Source: Gnetum montanum
Lineage: Eukaryota; Plantae; Gnetophyta
Reading direction: 5' to 3'
DNA: 62,816 nt
NCBI GenBank assembly: GCA_015680685.1
Contig: MNCI01000134.1
Location: forward strand, 1-62,816
In this document: positions 50,357-62,816 of the stretch, one piece after another
How positions within the stretch are numbered: position 1 is the stretch's first letter
Layout: each line of letters begins with the position of its first letter
Made by a program: the position numbers and the translations under genes
Notes under the pieces: generated by a model
What the model was told of the DNA's origin: nothing
Database searches by the model: none
What the model saw: the letters and a program-made list of their open reading frames with translations, nothing else

Positions 50357-53300
50357 TGATGAAAAATTGTAATAGCCATAAATGTCCATAAATATAGGCT
50401 TTACCATATTTAAGGCACTTTTTGGTTATTAGTTGTGGAAAAACTCTATCCGTTTGTTTTAATAGATATTAACAATTAGAAAGTCTCAATAGTATGAATT
50501 TGAGTTAATTATATGATGTCATATTTGAATGGATTGTACTTAAATGCAATTAATAAATTATAATAAGATCAAGATTTATTCCCCTTCATTGTAGCACTTT
50601 GATGTAGTGTCAATTTACTTTCATCTATCATTTAAATTTCAATATAACTTAGTATAAGATTTATATTTCCTATGCACATTAATCAAATGATGGAATGAGC
50701 TTGATCTACCTTTTAACATTAAAAAGTATTTGCTTACTAATCCCAANTTGATCTACCTTTTAACATTAAAAAGTATTTGCTTACTAATCCCAATAGTTAA
50801 TACACATATAGGATGTGATGGAAAGTTAGAGATTATTTACTTTTATTATTATTAATTAGATTAATTAAATAATTTCTATATTTATAATTATTTTAATTAA
50901 TAAATGCAACAACATCAAATATCACGTATCTCAAATATACTTAACTATATGAATTAAGGGCCACTAAGTATAGTTAGGAAGATAGTTACTTGTGATAACT
51001 CTTAAATATACCAAACATAGAGCTAAATATATCCACAAATTATAATATGGTCTACTATGATGCTTATAAATCATTTGGTTGGGCATTGGGCATACCCACC
51101 ATTCATCATTTAGTGTCATTACTAAAGATGATGCTAGTGATCTAGTTAGTTATATCACAAATGATTATTGTTAAAAGCATTACAAATTTGTCTTTTAAAA
51201 TATTTATTATTATAATTCATACATGTATTACTAATTAGATTATGACTTCTTCTCATAGGGTTAACAACCCACTATGTAAAAAAAACACTGTAGGGAATAA
51301 TGATAAAATCAATATTGAATAACATTGCAATGAATCATTATAAGTGAAGGTATCATGTACTCATTTAAACTCCTACATTTTTTATTTTACCTTCATCTTG
51401 TAGGAACTTGTAGGGCAACATTGTGCTACCACTTGACTAATTAATACCATTAATGCTTCAAGAAGTATTTCTAAGATCTAGTCCTAGCTATATCATTGAT
51501 GGCTACTATGTTACCAAAAACATAACTAGATCATACCACATAACTAAGGTTCAACTTAGACTAGATGCCATCATGAAGACTAGACATGAATGCAACAAGG
51601 AAAAGGAGGTAATATCCTTAATATCCAAATTTTAAAAAGATGTTGTGAAATATTAGTTTAAGAGGTCAAATCATGATGAATTCACCTATCATCCTTGTAT
51701 CTTCCACATTGAAAATCCAATACATTAAAAACTATATTCAACCATATGAGACAATCCTAGAGAAAATGGAACATGTGATAGAATGAGAATAGCCTCATGA
51801 CCTAGGACATATAATAGACCTAGCAAAGATTAGGAATTGGACCATAGACGAAGATATGAATGCCATGGTGGTTCTTCCAACTCATCATCTTTCTTTTCAT
51901 TTTAATTGTTTAGATTTGACAAGGATGAATGTAGGTAAAGAGATAAAGCTCTACCCAAAGATTAAGGTAGACAACTTGGTGGTCATCACAAGAGAAATCC
52001 AAATGATCACGATAGAAGGAACCATGAAAGATATCTATGTAGGGATCAACATAAATAAAACAACAAAAGTCAAGAAAGGAGGCACATCCAAAATTTAAAA
52101 TAGAATATAATTCTTATCTACAATATAATTTCAAAGAGACACCCTCTATTCTAGCTTTCAATTTATGAGAACACATAAATTAAATAATCAACTAAATTTC
52201 CATAAGTGTAGATGTTACCAAAGATAAGTTTATAATGCTCATATTGTCTTACTCCTTAGACATTTTACTAGGTCAATTAGTGATGATTTGGGCATGTTTT
52301 TGACGTTGAATGAGGCTTTGATGGTAATGGAAGGTAAGTTTAGGACTCTAGTAGTAAAGTTTAGCTTTCTCCAAAGTTTTGAAGGATGTGCTAATGCACC
52401 CCTTATGTGAATGTAGAGGCATTAATGCCCTCATACCAATGTACCCCTATATTAATAGACCACTATAAATTAGGGAGGCCTTCCAAAATCATTTTTGCAC
52501 TTTATAATTTTTATTTTACTTTCCTTTGCTTCCAAATTATCCAAAAACAAGCAAAACTTTGCCGAATTTTCATCACAAAGGTTAGATTAGTGATATTTGT
52601 TTGAAAAATTATTCTTAGCTTTCTTGTCCTTAGTGTCATAGTTATGGTTCAAGCCTAGTGTTTTGTAACTCAATCATGGGAAAGAAGCATTAATTCAAGT
52701 ATGTATTTAATATATTTGATAGCTATTTAAATATTTCTACCTTATTTACACTTATCCATGCATGTCACGATTCAATAGTTGTGATAATTTTTTTCAATTA
52801 TTTTCAATGGTTGTATTTATCATTATTTTCATGCATAACTTTTGCAATGGTACTATGATGTCTAGGGAACTCCCTTAATTTTTAGTAGTTTTTACAATTC
52901 ACCATGATAGGGAAACTGAGATCCAAACTCTATAGATTGAGGAGTAAGGTTGAAGAATCTCATACCTCTATCTACAAATCCTTGCACAAACCATCAATTC
53001 CTAAGGAGGAGAAAGGAAAAAAAAAGTTAGATCTCTTGATATAGAACCTACAAATCCTACTATAGAAAGACCTTCATTCAGAAGTAGATTAGGAGGCTGG
53101 TAATCACACTCTCAATATTTGGGTTGAGAATAAGCACAACAGTAAGTAGTTGAACAATTGCTATAGGAGGTAGTAAAATAATATAATGATGATTCTAATG
53201 ACATCCAAGAAGGTGTGGGTGGACACAATGTATAAAAATGATTGGGCCATGAAGAAAAGAATTATTATTGATTACTTGAGATTAGCCCTTCTAAGATCAA

Positions 53301-55777
53301 GGAGTTGTTGTAGCAAACATGACCCTATGAATATATCACCAAGTCCTTCACATGATATCAAAATGAGGTAAATTAATTATACTAAAACCTTAAAGCTAAC
53401 AATTCCATGTATCTTGTTGATGGTGTTCNTTATAATAAAACCTTAAAGCTAACAATTCCATGTATCTTGTTGATGGTGTTCTTATGTCTATTTCTACATG
53501 AGTAATCTTTAGGATCATAGGATTCCCAAATGAGCTAGTGAACAACTAGTGGCCATGGTTCAAAAGATTGAGCCCAAGATTAAGTCAAAAGTCCTATTCG
53601 AGGCCTTCAACATGGATAAAGTGAAGGTGAAGATGTTAAAACTTACTATACTTCATAATTTCTTGTACAAAATTATCACAAATAACTTTTTTTCTATCAA
53701 ATGATCATCGAGTATCTCTACTTAAGGGGCAAAAGTTATGGCCATGATGGAAAAGAAGTGCATCATTAACATCTCATTATTTTTCTATAAGGCCTTAATT
53801 CAAAAGATCAAGAATGTAGCCAAAGATAAGAAGAAGGTCTACACTTTTCCAGGGTTAATTGAAAAAATCTGTGAGCTAGTAAGCATAGTCAATCATGTGG
53901 GAAGGCATTCTACAATTGCAAGAATGGTGGACTGGAAAAATGTAATGATGATTGATTTAAGATGACATCTAGCAGTCATTGTTGTTAATCCAATTTGAAG
54001 GATGAGATGACTTCCACAAAGGTATCTTATATTTGATAATACCAAACAATAGCATCATCTACACCTCAAGCATCATAACATACAATAGTGTTGTGATCTA
54101 GTAGATCTATCTCCTGACCTCTAGGTTTTACCATCAGTTAGAGCCATGAACCTCTACCTAGTGGTAGTTTTGAGACTATTATGCATGTTGAAGGTGAGGA
54201 AAAAGTTTTCACAATTCATGTTAAAAGTTTTCAAGACCTTGCTAATAATTTATTGAACATGATGGATGTCATCATAAATGGTAAGACTATAAGGGAGGAT
54301 CTCTTCTAGTTTCCTTCTCCCTTGCTAGATGATCCACTTATGATCCATTATGATGTCTCCATTTAGTTTCAATATCATGTTCCTTCATAGAGTGTTTCCT
54401 CTTTACATCGATTGAGGCATAACATACACAATGTTTAGCATGCGATAGAAGTCCTTTAGGTACCTACTAATCAATCTAGAACTAGCCATTAGACAAAAAA
54501 GGAGAAGAGAATTAACTCAAATTCCAAGTAACTATTGAGGACTATTGATAGCATAGTAGAGACAAAACTAATCAAGATACAGGTTGAGCTAGATATCACA
54601 TATGCTAATAGAATGTTTATTTAAAAAAGATACAGAGAAGTCAAGCTGAGGTATGATGGTTGCATGAATAGTTAGAACATATTGCACCATTGGTACTAGC
54701 ATCTTTCAGAATCACTCTAGAGGTGTGGATTGAGTACCTATAAGCTAAATTATTTCAAGCATGCTAGGTTGGTGTAGAAGTGATGTTCATGCAAGATTCC
54801 TTGAAGTGATAGATTAAAATGTTGAAGCATCCATCCCATGAGTATGAAAGAATAAGTTAAGAAAAGGAGAAACAAGTAATCTTTCTTTTCTAGTAGGTAC
54901 AAATATTAGAATATCAAAGTCACATCATGGCCCAATTTCAAAATAACTACCTTTATATGGAAAAAGAGCATTGGAACTTGTAGTAGGACTTGGCAAATAA
55001 GAATACCAAGGAAACCAATGAGCTTCGTAAGATTCATCTAATCAGGTAAGTAACTTGGGATGTTGAGGTGTATAGATTGTATAAAATTATAGCTCTAGTA
55101 AATGAACGTGTAATTGAAGAGAAGTATGAAGTACAAACTCTAACAGATGGTTGTAAGTGAACCAACATTGCAAGAGAGGATGGGCATGTTGGGAACCATG
55201 TACATTCTTTACTACAAAGTAGCTGTCATAGTTCTTGAGAGGATACTTAAGAAGAAAAAAGATGAAATGCATGTGAAATGGAGGAGATACCTTTATATGG
55301 TCTACAATTCTACAAGTCAATCACACATGAAACTTGAGGAGAAATTACATCAAGCAATGTTCAAGCTAGATGTAGCCCAACGTGAGCTTTTGCAAGTAGA
55401 GAGAAGTCATGAGCAATTCCAAGAAAATGTAGAGAAATGGTTAAAAGTACTCCTACAAGATCAAGGATTGATGCACAAGAAGAACTGACAGCTCTAAGTG
55501 AGAATAACAAGCCTTGACACACAACTTCAGATATACCACATGTCTACACCTAGCTCTTCAACCTTCTTTCCATACCAAGAAAGAATGTTAGGGGGATTCT
55601 TCTCTTGGCCATCATCCACTGGCACTTCTCAATAAGTTGGCTTGTATTGTATTAAATTCATGGTTTGTGTATTTACACAATTGTATTCCTCTACATTTAT
55701 CATGTCATTTGTCTTGTCCTGATTTTGTATCTTAGTTGTTAAAGCTATAGGAGTAGTTTTACTCAATCATGGCGGAA
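50357..55777 (+). mobile_element. Old Athila-like element: 5' LTR about 50357-51108, decayed PBS, no recognisable pol, long decayed extra ORF with coiled-coil 3' part, PPT
   Basis: LTR end gggcatacccaccattcatca then tttagtgtcattactaaagatg (decayed Asp-PBS); coiled-coil KLEEKLHQAMFKLDVAQRELLQVE at 55147-55488; PPT tcatggcggaa at 55767-55777. Confidence 0.6.
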
Positions 55778-56894
55778 TGATGAGTCATCCAATGGTATTT
55801 TGTATGTCAATTGTAAACTCCAAATCTAGGAAGTATTTGATGTGCCCTGTGTTTATAGTTTGGTATGCTCAGTAAAAGTTCTTAGTCTTTTGAGATGCAT
55901 TGTTGCCTCCTAGTCATACTCTAAGATTGTATGCATAATTCAAAGGTCTCTAAGACAATTTCAACTTCATTTAAAGGTCCTATAATCCTTTCAGCATGTT
56001 TCCTTGGATTTTGGATTTTACTTATAATTAAAAAGGTAAAGTATGACTTTTTGGAGGATGCACTAAATATCTTGCACCAACGCATCCCTTATGTTAGTAC
56101 AAGGACATTGATGCATCCTCCTAGCAAGCCTAGTTTACCTAGCTTTAACTTGTATGTGCCTAGGGTCAATTTGGGTTGTGTCAATGAGACTCTATTGATG
56201 TCTAGGTGCTAACAAATTCATTTTGTTTCTATAAAAAAACTATAAATGCCTAGGATAAGCTCTCACAAAAAACAACATTATTATTAACATTTTCATTTAG
56301 CCATTGGGATTCAGTCTTGTGTGAATAGCTCTTCCTCCCTTGGGTAAGTTGATTTCTTTTCCTGTTTATATAATTTGAATCATCACTTTGAAAATTGCAG
56401 CTAGCCTCTATCGGAGTGATATCATGCTTACATAGCCCAAAAACATTTGGTCAATGCATGGTCTAGTGTTGTGTGATGAATAAAGCTTATTATTTTTCCT
56501 TGTTCCATCATTAATGCCTTAAATACTAAAATACTAAAAACATTCATAAAATATTAAAAACACTAAAAATCTATATTTAATTTCCATTTTCTTAAGCTAT
56601 GATGATTTATCCTTATCCAAGAAGGTCATAATTATATAGCACGGTGTTAGTCCATTGAGGTTATGACTAAGAGCTATTTTTATTATGTTTCATGTGTGGT
56701 GTTGCACCTATCCCCAAGAGGGANAGAAAGTCACTAAAAAGAAGATTAGGAAAGAGTGATTCAAGATTATTAAAATTAATTAAAAATCAACAAATATCTA
56801 GCTCATGTGATGAGATTCCCATTGGTTTAAACTAATGGGATTTATCATACAAATTGCATTATGATATAGTCGTAAGCTTTAAGGATGATGTTAC
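55778..56894 (+). mobile_element. Probable 3' LTR (right end uncertain)
   Basis: tgatgag directly after the PPT; ctataaatg at ~56240; aataaa at ~56479; candidate end gttaca at 56894. Confidence 0.45.
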
Positions 56895-57177
56895 ATGGAT
56901 TGCCAAGAACACTTATGTATATTTTTGCATTCAANGGATAGGATAGTGGTGTTGAATGTGATAAAAAATTCTAATAAAACTAAAAAAAATAAAGGAATAT
57001 TAAACATTTATCTTATATGATGTTAAATATTATGTAGTAAAAAATAGACATGAACAAAAAATTAGTGTGTTAGAAATGAAAATTCTTAAATAGATTTATT
57101 CATTTATAACTTAAGATTTGAAGCCATAGCTTGAAGCTTCCAAATCAAGAGTCTCATCACTAGGTTAATATCCTTAT

Positions 57178-58980
57178 TATTGAGCATTGAGAGTTCCCAA
57201 TGCCCAACCATATAAGTCACAAGTGTACACATGTGACAAAATAATAGTATGTGGATGAGATAATATGAATATACTAATGTATTGATGACAAGTGAATGAT
57301 CATTATCTTCCCACTAGAGTTAGCGAAGTGCAAATTGTATGGTTTAACTTTTTGCGAGGTATATGATTAGGTGATGTTAAATGACTCTAAAAGTGTTGAG
57401 GTAAAACATGTTAAAATTAGTAGAATATCTATTATCTAACTTGAAAAGGAAATGTAACATTAAGCTAGATGTGATAAGCATTTATTCTTAGCCTTCCGCA
57501 CATGCTTTGGGTTGATATAACCACCATTAAAATTATCAAGAAAATTTACTACTAAGCATTCCGCAAAGCTACTATTGGGTAATGAAGTGTCTATTAGTTG
57601 GCTATATAAATGATCACATATTGATGCATCCTCACTAATGCAGCCTCACTGATGCATCCCCCATGAACATAACCTTTGATATGTTAACACGTGTCAATAC
57701 TGATGCACCCAAAGACTATATAAATGCATGTACCATATGTATTTATGATACCTTTGATCAATTCAATAGTGAAGCTCTTGCAATTTGCTTCCATAAGACT
57801 TAAAAAAATTTCCCTCTAAGTGCCCACAACGTGGATTGAGTTGAGTGTACAAAGTTTTGTTCAAGTGCATGATGTACCTAGATACTTCTACATAATGGAA
57901 ATAAAATCAAGATTAACTCCTTCCATTGCAGTAGCTAGATTAACATTTAGTTTCTTTTCAAGATCTTTACTTTGAATGTATTCTACTTTACCATAATTAG
58001 AAAATTAATATTTTATTCCACAAAAGCATGTATACAACCATTTTGAGCATAATATATTAGCATTTGATGATCCTAGTAGTGGATATTTCATACATCTAGC
58101 AGTAGACAATTAGTAACCCAATAACATTAATGTAAGTTCGAGATAAGTATGGAAAGTAGGAATGGATGCTCTACATTTAACATAGCTTAGATTAATTTTA
58201 ATTTCATAGTTAGTTAGAAATTAACATTTTAATCACTTTATTTTTTAATATTTAATAATAAAAAAAATTATAATAAAAATATCTTATGGCTTAATTACAC
58301 TTAAGCATGTCAACTAAGCTAATACAATTGATGATTGGGAAGACAACAACAAAAAACATAATGGTTGGTTATCTAGGATACTATGAGCCCTAGGTTTCAT
58401 AGAATTTGACTGAATCATGTGTACATGCATGTGATTTGTATGATTGGGAATAGGGAATACTCACCACTCATCACTAGGTTACCAGACAATTATATGTTAG
58501 TACTCAAAATGAGTCATAATTATTTTTCATCAAATAACTAACAAACATTAGAAATGTAAAATATATAGGAAATTTAAATGACATTGTAAATATAAATAAC
58601 ATGGAAAGTAAATTTATGCTAAGTGAGTTGGTGCAATGGTGAAGAATAATCTTGATCTTTATTTTTACTAATAAACTGCATCCAACTAAGGTTCACTTGA
58701 ATAAAGATGTTAGATAACTATTAGCCACCACATTGAAGACACTCACAACTAACTTTAGAATCATAAAACCAAATTGCAAGATGCTTGCTAAAGGTTTTAC
58801 TAAAATGTAAATTTGATATGATGATGGGCTAGTATTTATAAGCATGATCATGATCCACTACATCACATCTATGACATCATATCTTTAGCTATGATAAGCC
58901 TTCATAAGTAGATACAATATCATAAGCCTTCATAAAAATTTGATTTACCACTTATGTTATATTTCAAACCATTTCCCTTT
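57178..58980 (-). mobile_element. Old Athila-family LTR split by a nested LTR
   Basis: 57178-57579 and 58474-58980 are colinear with the two halves of the 35524-36447 LTR. Confidence 0.65.
57580..58473 (+). mobile_element. Nested solo LTR of the same family
   Basis: taatga...ctcatca termini; flanks ttggg and ctagg are both derivable from an ancestral CTGGG TSD. Confidence 0.75.
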
Positions 58981-58981
58981 T

Positions 58982-61430
58982 TGATGAGTAGTGAGTAAAT
59001 CCTATGCCCAACCATATGAATGAAAAGCATTTACGCACAATCCAATCGAATTCCATGGACTTCAAGGTCTTAACATACATTGGTCTAGGAGACGAATCAA
59101 CTATTATAATCATTGTCTTCTTGGTTACACTTGTGAGTACAAGGATATGGTTAAGTATAACTAAGGCATATGATTTTTATCATTTTTATCTTTTTAACTT
59201 CTAAGTCACCTAAGAATAAAGAAGAATGAATAAAAATATTTAAATACTAAATTAATTTAATCATCTAGCTAATACTTACATAATCCTAACATAAGCATCC
59301 ATTCCCACTTGTCATACACATCATAGACAAGTATAGCACTGCTGGGTTATCAAACATTACGTGTTACTAGGATTACCAAGTATTACATGTATGCTCGAAG
59401 TGGTTGTACTTATATGTTTTAATTAATAATAATTTAATCTACCTTAATTAATTACTTAATTACTTTAAAACGTTTAAGGAAATTGCTTAAAATATTAAAT
59501 TCTTAAAGAAAATAATTAATCTATTTCAAAGTGCTATAAGGTTTATCAAAAAGCTCATCTTTATTATTGCACACACTATAGTGCTTAGGTAGAATAGTGC
59601 TAGAATAAAGATTCATATGCTCTTTGACTATTACTATAGGCACTTAGAAAATATTCTAACTTTCGGGAAGAAAAACTACTAGAGCTTCACCACAACTTAT
59701 GAAAAGAATGTCATAAATGTGGTGGAAGGAACAAATTTATAGGTGAAATATGATGCCCTATTAACAAGGATACATCAACAGGTCAAACCCTACATCCATG
59801 GGATCTCATCATCCTATTAATGAGATCCCATAAATGTGGCAAGACCATGACAACTCATCATACCCCCATGATTGAATGAAAAATAATCCTTGAGTTCTTT
59901 ACAAAATTTGAAAAAGTATGGAATTATTAACTAACAAAACAAACACACAAACAACATGATAAAAACTAAGTGCCCAACTGTATGGTTTTACATTGATTAC
60001 AAAATTTTGGTGTTTAGAATAAAAAAATTGAATACTAGGACAAAATTGAGAAATACGATTCCTTAGATGATTCAAAGACATTGGAGAAGATAAAATGGTC
60101 CTAGGTGGTGAAGGCTCTTGAGGCTCTGAAGAGCTTCTCCTACTTTGGGTGCACACAATGGTTGTGGTTCTCCTACAACAACTATAACTTTTGATGGAAG
60201 ATGAAAGGCATCCAATAGTGCCTTCATCTTGTCCTCCTTACTTCTAGGATCATTGACAATCCATGTAGCTTGACTAATGGGGTTGTAATGTGAATATCCC
60301 ACAAACAGGGAATTACAGGGAATAACTCTTTAACATTCATGAAATAGGTAGCAAATTATTTGCATTCGATATCAAACACTCTGAGTGCATTACACAACTC
60401 CTAGTATTCATTCATCTACTTGGCTAGGTTCTTAGTAGTTGATCATTAATTAGTGAACTTTACCTTGAGAACCTGGAGTTCGGCATTGGCAATCTCAAGC
60501 TTTTGCTTAATGTCTTTGTGATGCTTGAACTCTACCTTGTATAGGAAGTACAAGCTAGCCACTTGTTTCTCCAATTCTGACCATAGCCTACCAATAGTCA
60601 GCATCATCATATTTGCATAATAGAGATGGGTAAGCTCCTAGTACTCTTTCATCTCCTCAATCTACAACTCCTTCATGTGGATCTTTGGATTGTTGTAGTC
60701 ATTGAGCCCATCAAAGATAGGTTGCCAGATATTAACTCCTTCCCTAAGCTACTAGAGGATTTCATTGAATTTTACCTTCATTAACTAGATATGATTTTTA
60801 TTAATTTCTTTCTATAGACTGACCTTATATCTATAATGGTTCTTGACTCTCTCAATTTTAAGAGCCTTGTTCTTCCAAGTAGCTATCTCCATCATAGATT
60901 TTTGGCAAAGGGCTCAAACTTCCTCCTTGGAGAGATTTCTATTTTCAGCTACCAATCTCCTCAATTCATTGCTTACTATGGCTAGCTACTCCTATTGTTG
61001 ATGAATAAAATCTTGCATTTTCTCCTCTTACACATCAACATTCCACAAGAAATAATTTTTTGTGGTCGAGATTTCATTCTCATGGTTGGACATAGTTCTT
61101 CTAAGTGATGTATGTATTGGCATTGACCATGGACAAGTCAAACATGGTCATCTCCTTCTCATTCTCAACCTCTTTGAGCTTTTCTTCAAGTTGCTTCAAG
61201 TCTTCATCCCTTGTTAATGTAGGATTGAGAAATGTAAGATTAGTAATGTCTCTCCCATGTACCACTCCCCATTGGAAGTGATTGTGAGCCACATCAAAGA
61301 GTTCTACAATTGATCTTTAAATTCTAGAGGTGTAAACTCTATGAAAGGTCCAAAGTTTAACTATTGAAGCACTAATTTCTAGACCTCCTTATTCACAACT
61401 TTTACTTCATTTTGAAGTAGCAATTAAAGT
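58982..61430 (-). mobile_element. Athila-like 3' LTR (58982-59860), PPT and decayed coiled-coil extra ORF
   Basis: tgatgag...ctcatca followed by tacccccatgattgaatgaaaa, the reverse complement of 176-197; minus LKQLEEKLKEVENEKE near 61150-61200. Confidence 0.8.
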
Positions 61431-61439
61431 TTTTTTTCC

Positions 61440-62816
61440 ACTCCTCCATGATATAGCTCCTCTAGGAAGCATACAAACATAGCCAAATGTTGGTTTTCTT
61501 GAATCAACACAACTAGCAAAGTCTAAATCAGAGTAACCAATCACCTCTAGATTGTGAGTTCATCTATACATAAGCAAATTATATTTTGTACCTTAAAGGT
61601 ACCTCATCACCTTCTTTGCAGCACTCTAGTGGTTAATGCCTAGATTACTTTGATATCTGCCCAACATTCCCATAGAAAATGCAATGCTAGGTCTTATGTA
61701 GACCTAAGCATACATTAGGCTTCCAACAGCTAAAGCATATGAAATTTTTCTCATCTACCTTTTCTCTAAATCATTCCTAGGAAACTGGTTCAAATAGAAC
61801 TTATCACCCTTCATAATGGATGGTATACTTGATGAACAATCTTTCATCCAAAACCTCTCTAAAGATTTATTGATATAAGTTTCCTACAATAGTCCTAGAA
61901 TACATCTAGATTAGTCATTATTGATCTTAATGCCAATGACATAAGATGCCTTACCCATATCCTTCATGTTGAAGTTCTTAGAGAGAAATTATTTCATTTC
62001 TTATAGAAATCCATTATCATTGGTTGCAAGAAGGATATCATTAACATATAGGACAAGGAAATAGGTTTTTCTCCTATTAACCTTCTTGTATTTACATTGA
62101 TCCATGGTGTTATTTTCAAAACCAAATGAAGTGATTACATCATGGAATTTTAAGTGCCATTTATGGGAGGCTTGTTTCAATTCATATATGGATTTCTTGA
62201 GCTTGCATACCAATTTCTTACCACCACTAGAGGAAGATCCTTTAGGTTGTTTCATATAAGCCTCTTCCTCTAGATCACCATTAGGGAATGTCATTTTCAC
62301 ATCCATTTGATGTAATTTGAAATCAAAATGTAGAACCACTACCATAATCACACAAAGGGATTCCTTAGATATAAAAGAAAAGGTATTTGTGTAATTTATT
62401 CCTTATTTTTAAGTGAACCATTTAGAAACAAGTCTTGCCTAATATCTTTCAATGTTTCATAATGAGTCTTTCTTTGCCTTGAAGACCCATTTGCATCTAA
62501 TGGCTTTTACACCATTAGGAAAATTGACAAGATCCTAGAATCCATTAGATGACATAGAGTTGATATCATCTTTCATGCCATCATACCACAAGTCTAATTC
62601 TTTACAACTCATGAATTTTGAAAATGTTTTGGAATGATTTTTAGTTCCTATATTGTAGCCATACTCCTATAAATACACTATATAGTCACTAGGAATCATT
62701 GATTGCCTTACTCTAGTAGATCTTCTTAATATTGGTTCATCATTTTCCTAAGGAGCATGTTGTTCAATAGCTTGTTCAATTGGTTATGGTATCTATTGTT
62801 TAGTTGGATCTACTAC
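61440..62816 (-). mobile_element. Ty1/Copia RT and RNase H start, truncated
   Basis: LHQMDVKMTFPNGDLEEEAYMKQPKG...KLKKSIYELKQAS...LVLYVNDILL; VIGYSDLDFASCVDSRKPTFGY..GAISWRS. Confidence 0.92.

Noticed and set aside
50701-50793. Perfect 46-bp tandem duplication
   Set aside because: It straddles the N at 50747; assembly artefact.
53384-53481. Perfect ~45-bp duplication
   Set aside because: It straddles the N at 53429; assembly artefact.

Overview
Repeat-dense land-plant nuclear DNA; a seed-free lineage is plausible but not proven. Most of the window is nested, decayed retroelements with strong CG and CHG depletion: three Copia copies, two Tat-type Gypsy pieces, at least seven LTRs of one TGATGA...TCATCA Athila-like family, L1 and RTEX-like LINE pieces, tRNA-like SINE heads and a 5S-derived Cassandra-like domain. 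A CpG-retaining island at about 11.1-17.1 kb holds a PLS-type PPR pseudogene, orphan spliced exons, two foldback elements and a PLAT/LH2 gene. The main hidden feature is three co-oriented minus-strand paralogs encoding signal peptide + PLAT/LH2 domain (8058-7579 continuing 2736-2648 across a Copia insertion; 15656-14908; 34241-33843). All three are disrupted as assembled. Two end in short His-rich tails, and the third may continue into a frame-preserving His/Met/Pro-rich 12/15-aa repeat array at 1939-2481. All translations and alignments were done by eye; no database searches were run.
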